Source: an uncultured Chloroflexia bacterium (GTDB lineage Bacteria; Chloroflexota; Limnocylindria; Limnocylindrales; CSP1-4). From it: a stretch of DNA of 64,000 nucleotides. Shown here one piece after another: positions 27,170-36,152 of this stretch. The translations under genes and the position numbers were made by a program. The notes under the pieces were generated by a model, which did not search any database, was not told the DNA's origin, and saw only the letters and a list, made by a program, of their open reading frames with translations. Location: positions 22,084 through 86,083 of the forward strand of contig CAVPYV010000002.1 of the NCBI GenBank assembly GCA_963710105.1, given 5' to 3'. Position 1 is the stretch's first letter. Each line of letters begins with the position of its first letter.

Positions 27170-28510
27170 CGGCCGGACCCGCCCGCGACCGTGCCGCGCG
27201 GCCAGTGGAGGAGGAGGCTGTCGAGCACGAGCTCCGGCCGGACGTTCGCCTCCAGCAGCTCGCCGGCTGCGTCCAGGCGGGACAGGAAGTCGCCGAGCTG
27301 AGCCGCCGATCCCGCGTCCGGGGCCGCCTCCCGGAGATCGTCGAGGAGGGCGGGGTCGCGGACCTGGCGCTCGGCGCCGAGCATCACGACGAGGAGATCC
27401 CGGGCGACCTCCCGCCACAGCCCGACGAGCACGCCGGCGGCCCTGCGGCGCTCGGCGGCGGGCACCGCCGTGCGGGCGGAGCCGGACTCGTCCCCGGCGC
27501 CGTCCCCACCGGTCCCGCCGTCACCATCGCCGCCGCCGTCGGTGTCGCCGTTCCGATCACCGTCGCCGGCGGTGGCCCTGGCCGATCGTCCGGCGGCCCC
27601 CGACATGTCGCCGGCCGAGCCTCCCGCCGCCGGCGGCGCGACGGCGGCCGTCGCCGCCTTCGCTCGACCCCGCCCGCGCCCCGGCGCGGCGGCGCCGACC
27701 CCGCCGTCCGCGGCCTCCCCGAGGACCCCGGCCCGATCGAGGGCGCGGAACATGGCGGTCGCGAGCGCCGTGAGGTCGCGGGCGGCCGCGAGCCGGGTCG
27801 CCGGCGACGCCGCGAGGAGGTCCAGCAGCGACCGTCCGATCTCGTCGCGAGCGCTGAGCGCGCCCGGGGCGCCGGCCAGCGTTCGCGCGGCCCCGGGACG
27901 ACCGCCCGAGATCCGCGCCAGCCGCGCGGCCAGGGGCTCGGCCGCCGCTCCCAATTCGGCGAGGATCGCCTCGATCTCGCGGGTCGCGACCGGCCCGAGC
28001 CTCATCCGGGCGGAGCGCGATCGAACGGTCGGGCAGGAGGCGGTCCTCGTCGTCGGCGCAGAGGACGATCGTGACGCCCAGCGGCGGCTCCTCGAGCGTC
28101 TTGAGGAGTGCCGTCTGAGCGTCATCGGTCAGCCGGTCCGCCCGCTCGACGATCGCGACCCGCGCCCCGCCCTCCACCGGCAGCAGGACGAGATCCGACG
28201 CCAGGCGACGAACCGTCCCCTCCTCCGGCCGCTCGCGGGCACCGATCCGGATCTGGTCGCCGGGTCCGGACGGGGCGAGGCGATGAAGGTCGGGATGGCG
28301 GCCGCGCTCGACGAGGCGGCAGCCGCGGCAGGCGCGGCAGGGTCGAGCGGCCGGGTCCGGGTCGTCGCAGAGCAGGCCCGCGGCCAGGTCGAGCGCGAGC
28401 GTCGTCTTGCCGATGCCGGCCGGCCCGCTGATGAGGATCGCGTGCGGGACCCGACCGGCGAGCATCGCGCCGATGCCCGCCACGGCCCGGTCATGGCCGC
28501 GCGTCCGCAT
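27166..28510 (-). pseudogene. holB: DNA polymerase III delta-prime subunit (holB) interrupted by a single-base frameshift
   Basis: The N-terminal AAA+ part (HAILISGPAGIGKTTLA, TALLKTLEEPP) is in the frame of ORF 27557..28855. LLP|TVRSRSARMRLGP and the rest are in the frame of ORF 27166..28125. The frames meet at the plus-strand GGG 28031..28033. Confidence 0.8.
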
Positions 28511-28721
28511 CCGCGCGTCGGTCGTGGCGGGCACGCCGGGCGCCGGATCAGAGCCGCGCGGATCGTCCGGGGCGGGCACGGTGGCAGCGGGGTTCGCCGC
28601 ACGCCCGGCGCCCGACCGGGCGCCGGCCGCGCGGGCCGCAGGGGGCGACGCGGCCCGGCTCGCGCGAGGCGGCCGGGTCAGGTCACCGCCACTCGGCGCT
28701 GATGGGTCGGCCACGCCCGGG

Positions 28722-30725
28722 TCAGGCCGGTTCGGCCTTCTTCCGGGTCGCGCGGCGCTTCGGCGCGGCGGCTTCCGCCCCCGCATCCGATCCGCCGTCG
28801 GCACCCGCCGCGTCCGCGGCACCGGCCGCGTCGGCCTTCTTGCGCGCCGGCGCACGACGCTTCGGCGCCGCCGCCTCGGTTGCCGCCGCGTCGGTTGCGG
28901 ATGCCTCGGTCGGCAGGGCGGCGTCGGCCTTCTTGCGGGTCGTCGCCCTCCGCTTCGGAGCCGCGGGCTCGGCCGCCGACGTCTCGGTGTCCGCCGTCCC
29001 CGCGGCGGACCCGCCCGCCGTCCGTCGCGTCGTCCGGCGCTTCGGCGCGGCCGGCTCGGCCGGCGTCTCGGTCATCGTCTCGATCTCGCCGGCCGCGTCG
29101 GCCGCCTCGACCTGCGATGCCGGGGCGCGCTCCGGCCGGCGGCCCTTCGGCGACTGGGCGAGCTGGGCCCGGAGCATCTCCTCGAGCTCCGGCGGGACCT
29201 CGCTCCACGGATCGCCGGATCGCGGGGCGGGCCGATCGAAGCGCTCGGCGCTCTGCGGCCGCGAATAGCTCGCGTCCTGGCGGGCGTAGGCGCCGCCGGG
29301 CTGGCCGGCGGGCCGGCCGCTCTGGCTCGTCCGGCCGCTGACGTCCGGGTAGCGGTTGATCCCGCCCCCGCCGCCGCGCCCGTAGCGCTCCCGGTCGATC
29401 GCCGCGCTGTACGAGGCGCGACCGCCGCGCGCTCCGCCGCGGCCCTGGCCGCCGCGACCGCCCGCGCCCGGCGCGCCCTGCCGGCCGCGACGCTGCTCGG
29501 CGATCAGGTATTCGGGGATCTCCGGCTCGTCGAAGTCCTCGTCGTCGGCGACGGGCCCGACCGATGCCGGGGCCGAGGTCGGCGTCCCGATCTGGGAGTC
29601 CCAGACCGAGCCGAACGGCGTCGTCCGCGGGCCGCGCGGGGCCGGGGCGACGTCCTCCTCCTCTTCGTCCTCGTCGCTGGCCTCGCGAGTCGTGGCCGGC
29701 TCGGCCTCGCCGGCCGGGGCTGCCTCGCCCGCCGGGAGCGCCTCGCCGTCACGACCTCGGCCGCGACCGCGACCGCGACCGCCGCGCCGGCGGCGACGCC
29801 GGCGGCCGGCCTCGCCCTCGGCGTCGAGGTCGGACTCACCGTCCGATGCGGTGCCGGGCATCGACTCGGGATCGATGTCGAAGGGGGTGAGCTCCTCGTC
29901 CTCGACCTCCGCGCTCGGCGCGGCCGCTGCGGCGGCGACCGGACGCACGCGCGAGAGCTTCTCGCCCGGCAGGACGGTCATCGCCCCGTTGCCCGCGCCT
30001 GCTGCGGCGGGGACGGCCGCGCCGCTCGACGCGGCGGCGGCGCCGGACGCGGCCGCCGAGGATGCGGCGCTCGAGCGCCCGCCGCTCCGGCCGCGCGCGG
30101 CGACCGGCTCGGCCTCACCCGGCCGTCCGCGCCCGCGGCCCCGGCCGCGACCGCGCTGGCCGGTGCCCTCGGTCTGCTTGTCGGGCACCTCGGTCATCGA
30201 CAGGTCCTCGTCGTCGCCGGCGACCCGCCGGCCGGACCGCGACGAGGTCTTGTCGACCCGGGCGAGCTGGGTGATGTCCGTGAACAGGTCGGCGACCTCG
30301 ATCAGGTCGCTCGAGGTGTTGCCGCGGAAGCTCACGACCTCGACGCGGACGCCCATCTCCTGGACCGCGCGGATCGCCGGGGCGAAGTCGCCGTCGCCGG
30401 AGATCACGATCGCGATGTCGAGGTTGCGGGCGGTCTTCATCAGGTCGACGACCAGCTCGATGTCGAGGTTGGCCTTGACCTTGCCGTCGCCGTACTTGCG
30501 GATGTCCTTGCTGACGACCTTGTAATGGTTCCGCGCGAGGAAGGCGTGGAAGTTGCGCTGGTTCTCGTTGTCCGGGTCGAGCCCCGTATAGGCATAGGCG
30601 CGCACGAAATCGCGCCCGGCGGTGGTCGCCTTGAGCAGCGTGACGTAGTCGATGTCCGTGCCGGCAGCCTTGGCCGCATAGAAGATGTTCGCCACGTCCA
30701 CGAAGACGGCGACGTTCTTGCCCAC
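28722..30725 (-). CDS. NYN/LabA-like (PIN-fold) domain protein with a ~500-aa low-complexity RG- and KRR-rich tail
   Basis: N-terminal VAVFVDVANIFYAAK...DIAIVISGDGDFAPAIRAVQEMGVRVEVVSF is typical of NYN/DUF88. The rest consists of (RG)n, acidic blocks and 4x AAPKRR..RKKA. Confidence 0.85.
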   Translation of the reverse strand: MGKNVAVFVDVANIFYAAKAAGTDIDYVTLLKATTAGRDFVRAYAYTGLDPDNENQRNFHAFLARNHYKVVSKDIRKYGDGKVKANLDIELVVDLMKTARNLDIAIVISGDGDFAPAIRAVQEMGVRVEVVSFRGNTSSDLIEVADLFTDITQLARVDKTSSRSGRRVAGDDEDLSMTEVPDKQTEGTGQRGRGRGRGRGRPGEAEPVAARGRSGGRSSAASSAAASGAAAASSGAAVPAAAGAGNGAMTVLPGEKLSRVRPVAAAAAAPSAEVEDEELTPFDIDPESMPGTASDGESDLDAEGEAGRRRRRRRGGRGRGRGRGRDGEALPAGEAAPAGEAEPATTREASDEDEEEEDVAPAPRGPRTTPFGSVWDSQIGTPTSAPASVGPVADDEDFDEPEIPEYLIAEQRRGRQGAPGAGGRGGQGRGGARGGRASYSAAIDRERYGRGGGGGINRYPDVSGRTSQSGRPAGQPGGAYARQDASYSRPQSAERFDRPAPRSGDPWSEVPPELEEMLRAQLAQSPKGRRPERAPASQVEAADAAGEIETMTETPAEPAAPKRRTTRRTAGGSAAGTADTETSAAEPAAPKRRATTRKKADAALPTEASATDAAATEAAAPKRRAPARKKADAAGAADAAGADGGSDAGAEAAAPKRRATRKKAEPA

Positions 30726-30789
30726 TCTGACTCCTCAGGTGATGTCGTTCGAGGGCCGTCGGCGCGATCGCGCTGCCTGACGGCCCGGG

Positions 30790-31260
30790 TCAGTTCCTGC
30801 TGCGTCCCCCGGCGGCTCCGACCGTGGCCACCCGGCACTCAGCACGCGGACCGGATTCGACGAAGCCATGACGTTCGAGGCGGGTCCGCTCCGCCGGGTC
30901 GTCCGGGAAGGCCGCCTCGACGACGCTGCAGCCCTTGTTTCGTGCCGATCGGAGGATCTCCTCCAGCAGGGCGTCGGTGACGCGATCCGCGTCATGGTCG
31001 GGATCGACCACGATCAGGTCCACGGCACCGACGAACCCGCCGGCCCGGACGGACGGGCGGAGGGCGAGAACCGCGCCTCCGACCACTTCGCGCCGGGCCT
31101 CGGCGATGAAGATGCTCGCCTGCGGGAGGTAGACCAGCTGTCGGAGCAGGTCTCCTGAGTCCAGCGATCCCGCAGCCCCGGTCGTTCGAACCGACCCACC
31201 GCTGAGCGCGACGAGCCGTTCGATGTCCGTGATGCGAGCCGGGCGGATCAGGTATTCCAC
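30790..31260 (-). CDS. GNAT-family N-acetyltransferase
   Basis: GTG at 31260 (VEYLIRPARITDIERL...). An acetyl-CoA-binding-like segment lies around VDPDHDADRVTDALLEEILRSARNKG. The start is uncertain. Confidence 0.7.
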   Translation of the reverse strand: MEYLIRPARITDIERLVALSGGSVRTTGAAGSLDSGDLLRQLVYLPQASIFIAEARREVVGGAVLALRPSVRAGGFVGAVDLIVVDPDHDADRVTDALLEEILRSARNKGCSVVEAAFPDDPAERTRLERHGFVESGPRAECRVATVGAAGGRSRN

Positions 31261-31414
31261 GCGGGCGGGAGCACCTCGTGCAGCCGGCGGGAGCAACGGA
31301 ATTCGCGTCCTTCGCCGATCGGGAGCCGACCGGTTCGCATCGTCGTCGACGGGACCACGCGGGAGGGCGAGCCAAGAGGCTCGACAGCACACGCCCGGGT
31401 CGCGCCGACCGATG

Positions 31415-31442
31415 TTGCATTCGGTCCGCCGATGTCTATGAT
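31415..31442 (+). promoter_or_regulatory. Candidate sigma-70-type promoter ~235 nt upstream of the liv operon
   Basis: TTGCAT-16 nt-TATGAT in a locally AT-richer patch. Confidence 0.4.
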
Positions 31443-31675
31443 ACGGCATCGCTTCGGCGGCAACCTGCGCGCCGTCCGGATCAGCGTCCTGCGCCGTCAC
31501 CGTCACGCACCGTCGCGTGCTCACCCTCTGGTCCGCCGGTCAGCGACGGGACCATCGGGAGGGCGGCTGAGTCGGGCGCCGGATCGACGTCGGGCGGTCC
31601 CGGATGATGGGCAGGTCCTACCGACCGGAGTCGTTCGGGACGGTTTCCTGGACGACGGGCTTAGGAGGAGATTGC

Positions 31676-32950
31676 ATGAAGCTCTTGAGGGTTGGCGCGT
31701 TCGGGCTGGTCGCCTTGATGGCGGTCTCGGCGTGCTCGAGCACGCCGCAGGCCGGGGGTGGCAAGACGCTCAAGATCGGGACGGAGCTGCCGATGAGCGG
31801 CGCCGAAACCGCAAATGGTGAGCCGACCGCCAATGGCGTCAAGCTCGCCATCAAGCAGTCCAACGCCAAGAAGGAGATCGCCGGCTACACCCTGGAAATC
31901 AACATCCAGGACGACGCGGTCAACGGCAAGCATGACCCGCAGCAGGGCGCGACGAACCTGAAGACGCTTGTCGCCGACGCGGCGGTCATGGGCGTCGTCG
32001 GGCCGTTCAACTCGAACGTTGCCCAGGCCGAGATCCCGGTCAGCAATGCGGCCGGTCTGCTCCAGTGCAGCCCCGCCAACACGAACACCGGGCTGACCTA
32101 CCCGCCGGACTCGGCACAGTACCGCCCGACGCATCCGGACAAGAACAACTACATCCGCCTCGCGGCTCCGGACAGCATCCAGGGCCCGGCGGGCGCCGAC
32201 TATGTCTACAACGACCTCAAGGCCCACTCGGTCTACGTCCTCGACGACACCGAGACCTTCGGCGTCGGCGTCGGCGACTCATTCGTCGAGCAGTTCAAGA
32301 AGGACGGCGGGACGGTCACGAAGCGCGACAGCGCCCCGAGCTCGACGACCGACTACACCCCGCTCTTCACGGCCGCGGCCGCGGCCAAGCCGGAAGCGGT
32401 CTACCTCGCCGGCACCACGCCAACCGGCATGGGCCTCGCGCTCAAGCAGGGTCGGACCGTGGCCGGCTTCGAAAACATCCCGTTCATGGGCCCGGACGGC
32501 GTTGCCGACCTCGGACCCGGCGGCACGACCGGCGCGACGATCACGGTGGCCGGCACGGCCGCGCATGACGTGTACGGCACCGTCGCGGGCATCCACGACC
32601 TGCCGTCCGGCTCGACGTTCGTTGCCGACTACACCGCGGAGTTCGGCACGGCCCCGGGCGCCTACAGCGCAGCCGGCTACGCCTGCGCCCAGGTGATCAT
32701 CGCGGGCATCGCGAAGTCCGTCTCCGGCGGAACCACCGACCAGGCGGCGCTTCGCGAGGCGGTCCGAGCCGCCGCCATCGCCTCCGGCAACAAGTTCGAC
32801 ACGGTGGTCGGATCGATCAGCTTCGACAAGAACGGGGACATCACGACCCCGTTCATGTCGTTCTACAAGACCGACCTCTCCCTCGCCGACGGCAAGGGAG
32901 ATTGGACCTACGTCAAGCAGCAGGCCTTCACCGACCCGAACGCGGAGTAG
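31676..32950 (+). CDS. livK: Branched-chain amino-acid ABC transporter substrate-binding lipoprotein (LivK/LivJ family)
   Basis: ATG after GGAGGAG. Signal peptide with lipobox (LMAVSAC). Type-I periplasmic-binding-protein-like sequence. Confidence 0.9.
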   Translation: MKLLRVGAFGLVALMAVSACSSTPQAGGGKTLKIGTELPMSGAETANGEPTANGVKLAIKQSNAKKEIAGYTLEINIQDDAVNGKHDPQQGATNLKTLVADAAVMGVVGPFNSNVAQAEIPVSNAAGLLQCSPANTNTGLTYPPDSAQYRPTHPDKNNYIRLAAPDSIQGPAGADYVYNDLKAHSVYVLDDTETFGVGVGDSFVEQFKKDGGTVTKRDSAPSSTTDYTPLFTAAAAAKPEAVYLAGTTPTGMGLALKQGRTVAGFENIPFMGPDGVADLGPGGTTGATITVAGTAAHDVYGTVAGIHDLPSGSTFVADYTAEFGTAPGAYSAAGYACAQVIIAGIAKSVSGGTTDQAALREAVRAAAIASGNKFDTVVGSISFDKNGDITTPFMSFYKTDLSLADGKGDWTYVKQQAFTDPNAE

Positions 32951-32961
32951 GACGCACAACA

Positions 32962-32993
32962 ACGAGGCCGGGGAGGCTGCTCCCCGGCCTCGT
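32962..32993 (+). terminator. Perfect 14-bp stem hairpin after the binding-protein gene (intra-operon attenuator/terminator)
   Basis: ACGAGGCCGGGGAG-GCTG-CTCCCCGGCCTCGT, starting 12 nt after the stop. Confidence 0.6.
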
Positions 32994-33031
32994 CATATCC
33001 ACCCAGGCCGACACTCACCTGCACGGAGTCC

Positions 33032-34021
33032 ATGAAGACCGACCGGAAGCGTGAGGTCACGATCGGCGGGGTCGTCGCCGTGGCCCTCGTTCTATCGTTC
33101 GTCGTCCTCGGCGTCCAGCAGTTCCAGAACTTCCTGACGCTGGGGGCGGTCTACGCGTTGATCGCCCTCGGCTACACGATGGTCTATGGAATCATCGAGC
33201 TGATCAACTTCGCCCACGGCGACGTCTTCATGGTCGGGGCGTTCGTGGCCTACTGGATCATCGCGGACCTGCTGGGCCTGCCCGACAAGCCGATCGAGAA
33301 CGTCCCGGAGCTGGTCGCAATCCTGCTCCTGGTCGTCGTCACCACGATGGTCGTCATGGGCCTCGTCGGCGTCATCATCGAACGCTTCGCCTACCGACCC
33401 CTCCGGCATGCACCCCGGTTGGCGCCGCTGATCACCGCGATCGGCGTGTCGTTCATCCTTCAGAACATCATCCAGGCGATCTTCTCGCCGTCGCCGGTCC
33501 CGGTCCCGCAGATCTTCCCCCGGATCAAGCTCGATCTCCTCGGCGGCAGCATCGGCCTCCTGAACATCTTCATGGTCGTCGTTGCGCTCGTCCTCATGGT
33601 CGCCCTCCAGCTCTTCGTGACCCGGACGCGACTCGGTCGGGCGATGCGCTCGACGGCACAGGACCGCGAAGCCGCCGAGCTCATGGGCGTCGACATCAAC
33701 CAGACGATCGCGATCACGTTCTTCCTGGCGGCCGGCCTCGCCGGCGCGGCCGGCGTGATCCAGGGGCTGTACTTCGGCAGCATCCAGTTCAACCTGGGGT
33801 TCAACGCCGGCTTGAAGGCGTTCACAGCCGCGGTTCTCGGCGGGATCGGCAATACGACCGGGGCCGCGCTCGGCGGCTTCATCATCGCATTCATCGAAGT
33901 CCTCGCCGCCCAGCTCGGGTTCTCGCGCTGGTCGGAGGTCGCGGTCTTCACCGTCCTGATCCTCGTCCTGGTCTTCCGGCCGAGCGGCATCCTCGGCCAG
34001 GCCATTGGAGAGCGCGCATGA
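33032..34021 (+). CDS. livH: Branched-chain amino-acid ABC transporter permease (LivH family)
   Basis: Typical LivH sequence (LGYTMVYGIIELINFAHGDVFM...). Confidence 0.9.
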   Translation: MKTDRKREVTIGGVVAVALVLSFVVLGVQQFQNFLTLGAVYALIALGYTMVYGIIELINFAHGDVFMVGAFVAYWIIADLLGLPDKPIENVPELVAILLLVVVTTMVVMGLVGVIIERFAYRPLRHAPRLAPLITAIGVSFILQNIIQAIFSPSPVPVPQIFPRIKLDLLGGSIGLLNIFMVVVALVLMVALQLFVTRTRLGRAMRSTAQDREAAELMGVDINQTIAITFFLAAGLAGAAGVIQGLYFGSIQFNLGFNAGLKAFTAAVLGGIGNTTGAALGGFIIAFIEVLAAQLGFSRWSEVAVFTVLILVLVFRPSGILGQAIGERA

Positions 34022-35139
34022 CGTGGTCGCGGGTTTCGACATTCGCACAATCGCATCGATCGCTGTCCGTCCTGGTCGGCTGGGCGATCGTCGGCGCGGG
34101 CATGCCGCTGCTCGTCCTCGTGCCGCCCTTCAACGCGTTCCAGCCGCAGACCATCTGGGTCAGCGGCTTCGCCAACGCAGGCGTGTTCATCCTCCTCGCG
34201 ATCGGGCTGAACATCGTCGTCGGGCAGGCCGGACTGCTCGATCTGGGTTACGCCGCGTTCTTCGCGATCGGCTCCTACGTCTACGCCTTCGCGGCGTCGC
34301 CGTTCACCGGTCAGCACTTGTCCTTCTGGCCGATGCTCCTGGTCGGCGCCGCTGTCGCGGCGACATTCGGCGTTCTGCTCGGCGCTCCGACTCTCCGGCT
34401 CCGCGGCGACTATCTCGCGATCGTCACCCTCGGCTTCGGCGAGATCGTCCCGGCGATCTTCCTCAACGCCGACCAGTTCACGAAGGGCACGAATGGGATC
34501 GGCGGGATCGCCCAGCCGGAGCTGCCGTTCGTGACATTCGACTTCAGCAACCCGGTTCCGTTCTACGTGACGATGGTCGTCATCCTGGCGATCGTGATGG
34601 TCCTCGTCTACCGCCTCCAGGGATCCCGGCTCGGGCGCGCCTGGATGGCCGTCCGGGAGGATGAGCTGGCGGCAGCGAGCGCCGGGGTCAACACCGTGAC
34701 GACGAAGCTCCTGGCATTCGCCCTGGGCGCCTCGACCGCCGGCCTGGCGGGCGTGTTCCGGGCCTCGAACCTCGGGATCGTCAGCCCGACCCAGTTCGGA
34801 TTCGACGTCTCGTTCACCGTCCTGGCGATGGTGGTCCTCGGCGGGATGGGCAACATCTGGGGTGTCGTCGTCGGGGCGTTCACCCTGTACGAGATCCAGA
34901 GCGTCCTCCTCAAGCAGCTCAATCAGTTCTTCCAGGGCAACCACATCCCGTTCCTGCAGACCATCGACTTCGTCCAGTACCAGTTCCTGCTCTACGGCCT
35001 GGCCCTCGTCGGGATGATGCTCTTGCGGCCGGAGGGCCTCTTCCCGAACCGACGCCGTCGCCAGGAGCTCCACGAGACGCCCGACGATTCGGGCGATCTG
35101 GTCACGGACCTCCCGGGCGGTCCGGGGATGGGCGCGTGA
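34018..35139 (+). CDS. livM: Branched-chain amino-acid ABC transporter permease (LivM family)
   Basis: ATGA overlap. GQAGLLDLGYAAFFAIGSY... is typical of LivM. Confidence 0.9.
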   Translation: MTWSRVSTFAQSHRSLSVLVGWAIVGAGMPLLVLVPPFNAFQPQTIWVSGFANAGVFILLAIGLNIVVGQAGLLDLGYAAFFAIGSYVYAFAASPFTGQHLSFWPMLLVGAAVAATFGVLLGAPTLRLRGDYLAIVTLGFGEIVPAIFLNADQFTKGTNGIGGIAQPELPFVTFDFSNPVPFYVTMVVILAIVMVLVYRLQGSRLGRAWMAVREDELAAASAGVNTVTTKLLAFALGASTAGLAGVFRASNLGIVSPTQFGFDVSFTVLAMVVLGGMGNIWGVVVGAFTLYEIQSVLLKQLNQFFQGNHIPFLQTIDFVQYQFLLYGLALVGMMLLRPEGLFPNRRRRQELHETPDDSGDLVTDLPGGPGMGA

Positions 35140-36152
35140 CGGACGTCGCGGCCGACACACGCCTCGACCTCATCCTCGAGGCCGAGAAGGTCACCAAGCG
35201 TTTCGGCGGTCTCGTCGCCGTTCGCGAGGTGGACCTGGCGATCCCGCGGGGGGCGATCATCAGCCTGATCGGCCCGAACGGCGCCGGCAAGACGACGTTC
35301 TTCAACGTGATCCTCGGAATCCTCGATCCCACCTCGGGGCACGTCCGGATCGGGGGCAGGCGCCTCATCGGCCACCCGGAGCGAGCCTGGGTCGAGCCGG
35401 TGATCTGGGTCGCGCCGGCGCTCTTCATCGGCGCGATCGCCGGCCTGGTGTTCGCGGCCAGCGGCGCAGCGGAGCTGGCCGGGTTCGGTGCCACGGCCTG
35501 CGTGTTCGCGCTCGCGACCATGTTCCTGGCCGCAATCATCCGGCCCCGCTGGTACACCAGCCTGCTCCTCAGGACGGGCGTCTTCCGGAGTGCCAAACCA
35601 AACGAGATGGTCCAGGCCGGCATCGGCCGGACGTTCCAGAACATCCGTCTCTTCGCAAACATGACGGCGCTCGAGAATGTCCTCGTCGGCATGCACACAA
35701 AGCTGAGGGCCAACGCGCTCGACGCCTTGCTCAGCACGCCTCGCGCCCGGGCGGAGGAGATCCAGGCGACGCAGCGAGCGGGCGAGCTGCTCGATCTCGT
35801 CGGCCTGAAGGGGCGCGGCGACATCGTGGCCAGGAACCTGCCCTACGGAGATCAACGTCGCCTCGAGGTCGCCCGGGCCCTGGCCAGCGAGCCGACCCTG
35901 CTCCTGCTCGATGAGCCCACTGCGGGGATGAACCCGCAGGAGACATTGAACATGATGGATCTGATCCGGAGGCTCCGGAACGATCTCGGCCTGTCGGTCC
36001 TGCTCATCGAGCACGACATGCGGCTGGTCATGGGCGTCAGCGACCGGATCACGGTCCTCGACCACGGTGACCTGATCGCCGAGGGCACGCCGGAGGAGAT
36101 CCGGCGCAACCCGAAGGTGATCGAGGCCTACCTCGGGACGCCGCCCGAATGA
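35136..36152 (+). CDS. livG: Branched-chain amino-acid ABC transporter ATP-binding protein (LivG family) with a ~75-aa hydrophobic insertion
   Basis: Walker A GPNGAGKTT, Q-loop GRTFQ, LPYGDQRRLEVARAL, LLLDEPTAGM. The insertion lies between Walker A and the Q-loop. Confidence 0.9.
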   Translation: MTDVAADTRLDLILEAEKVTKRFGGLVAVREVDLAIPRGAIISLIGPNGAGKTTFFNVILGILDPTSGHVRIGGRRLIGHPERAWVEPVIWVAPALFIGAIAGLVFAASGAAELAGFGATACVFALATMFLAAIIRPRWYTSLLLRTGVFRSAKPNEMVQAGIGRTFQNIRLFANMTALENVLVGMHTKLRANALDALLSTPRARAEEIQATQRAGELLDLVGLKGRGDIVARNLPYGDQRRLEVARALASEPTLLLLDEPTAGMNPQETLNMMDLIRRLRNDLGLSVLLIEHDMRLVMGVSDRITVLDHGDLIAEGTPEEIRRNPKVIEAYLGTPPE

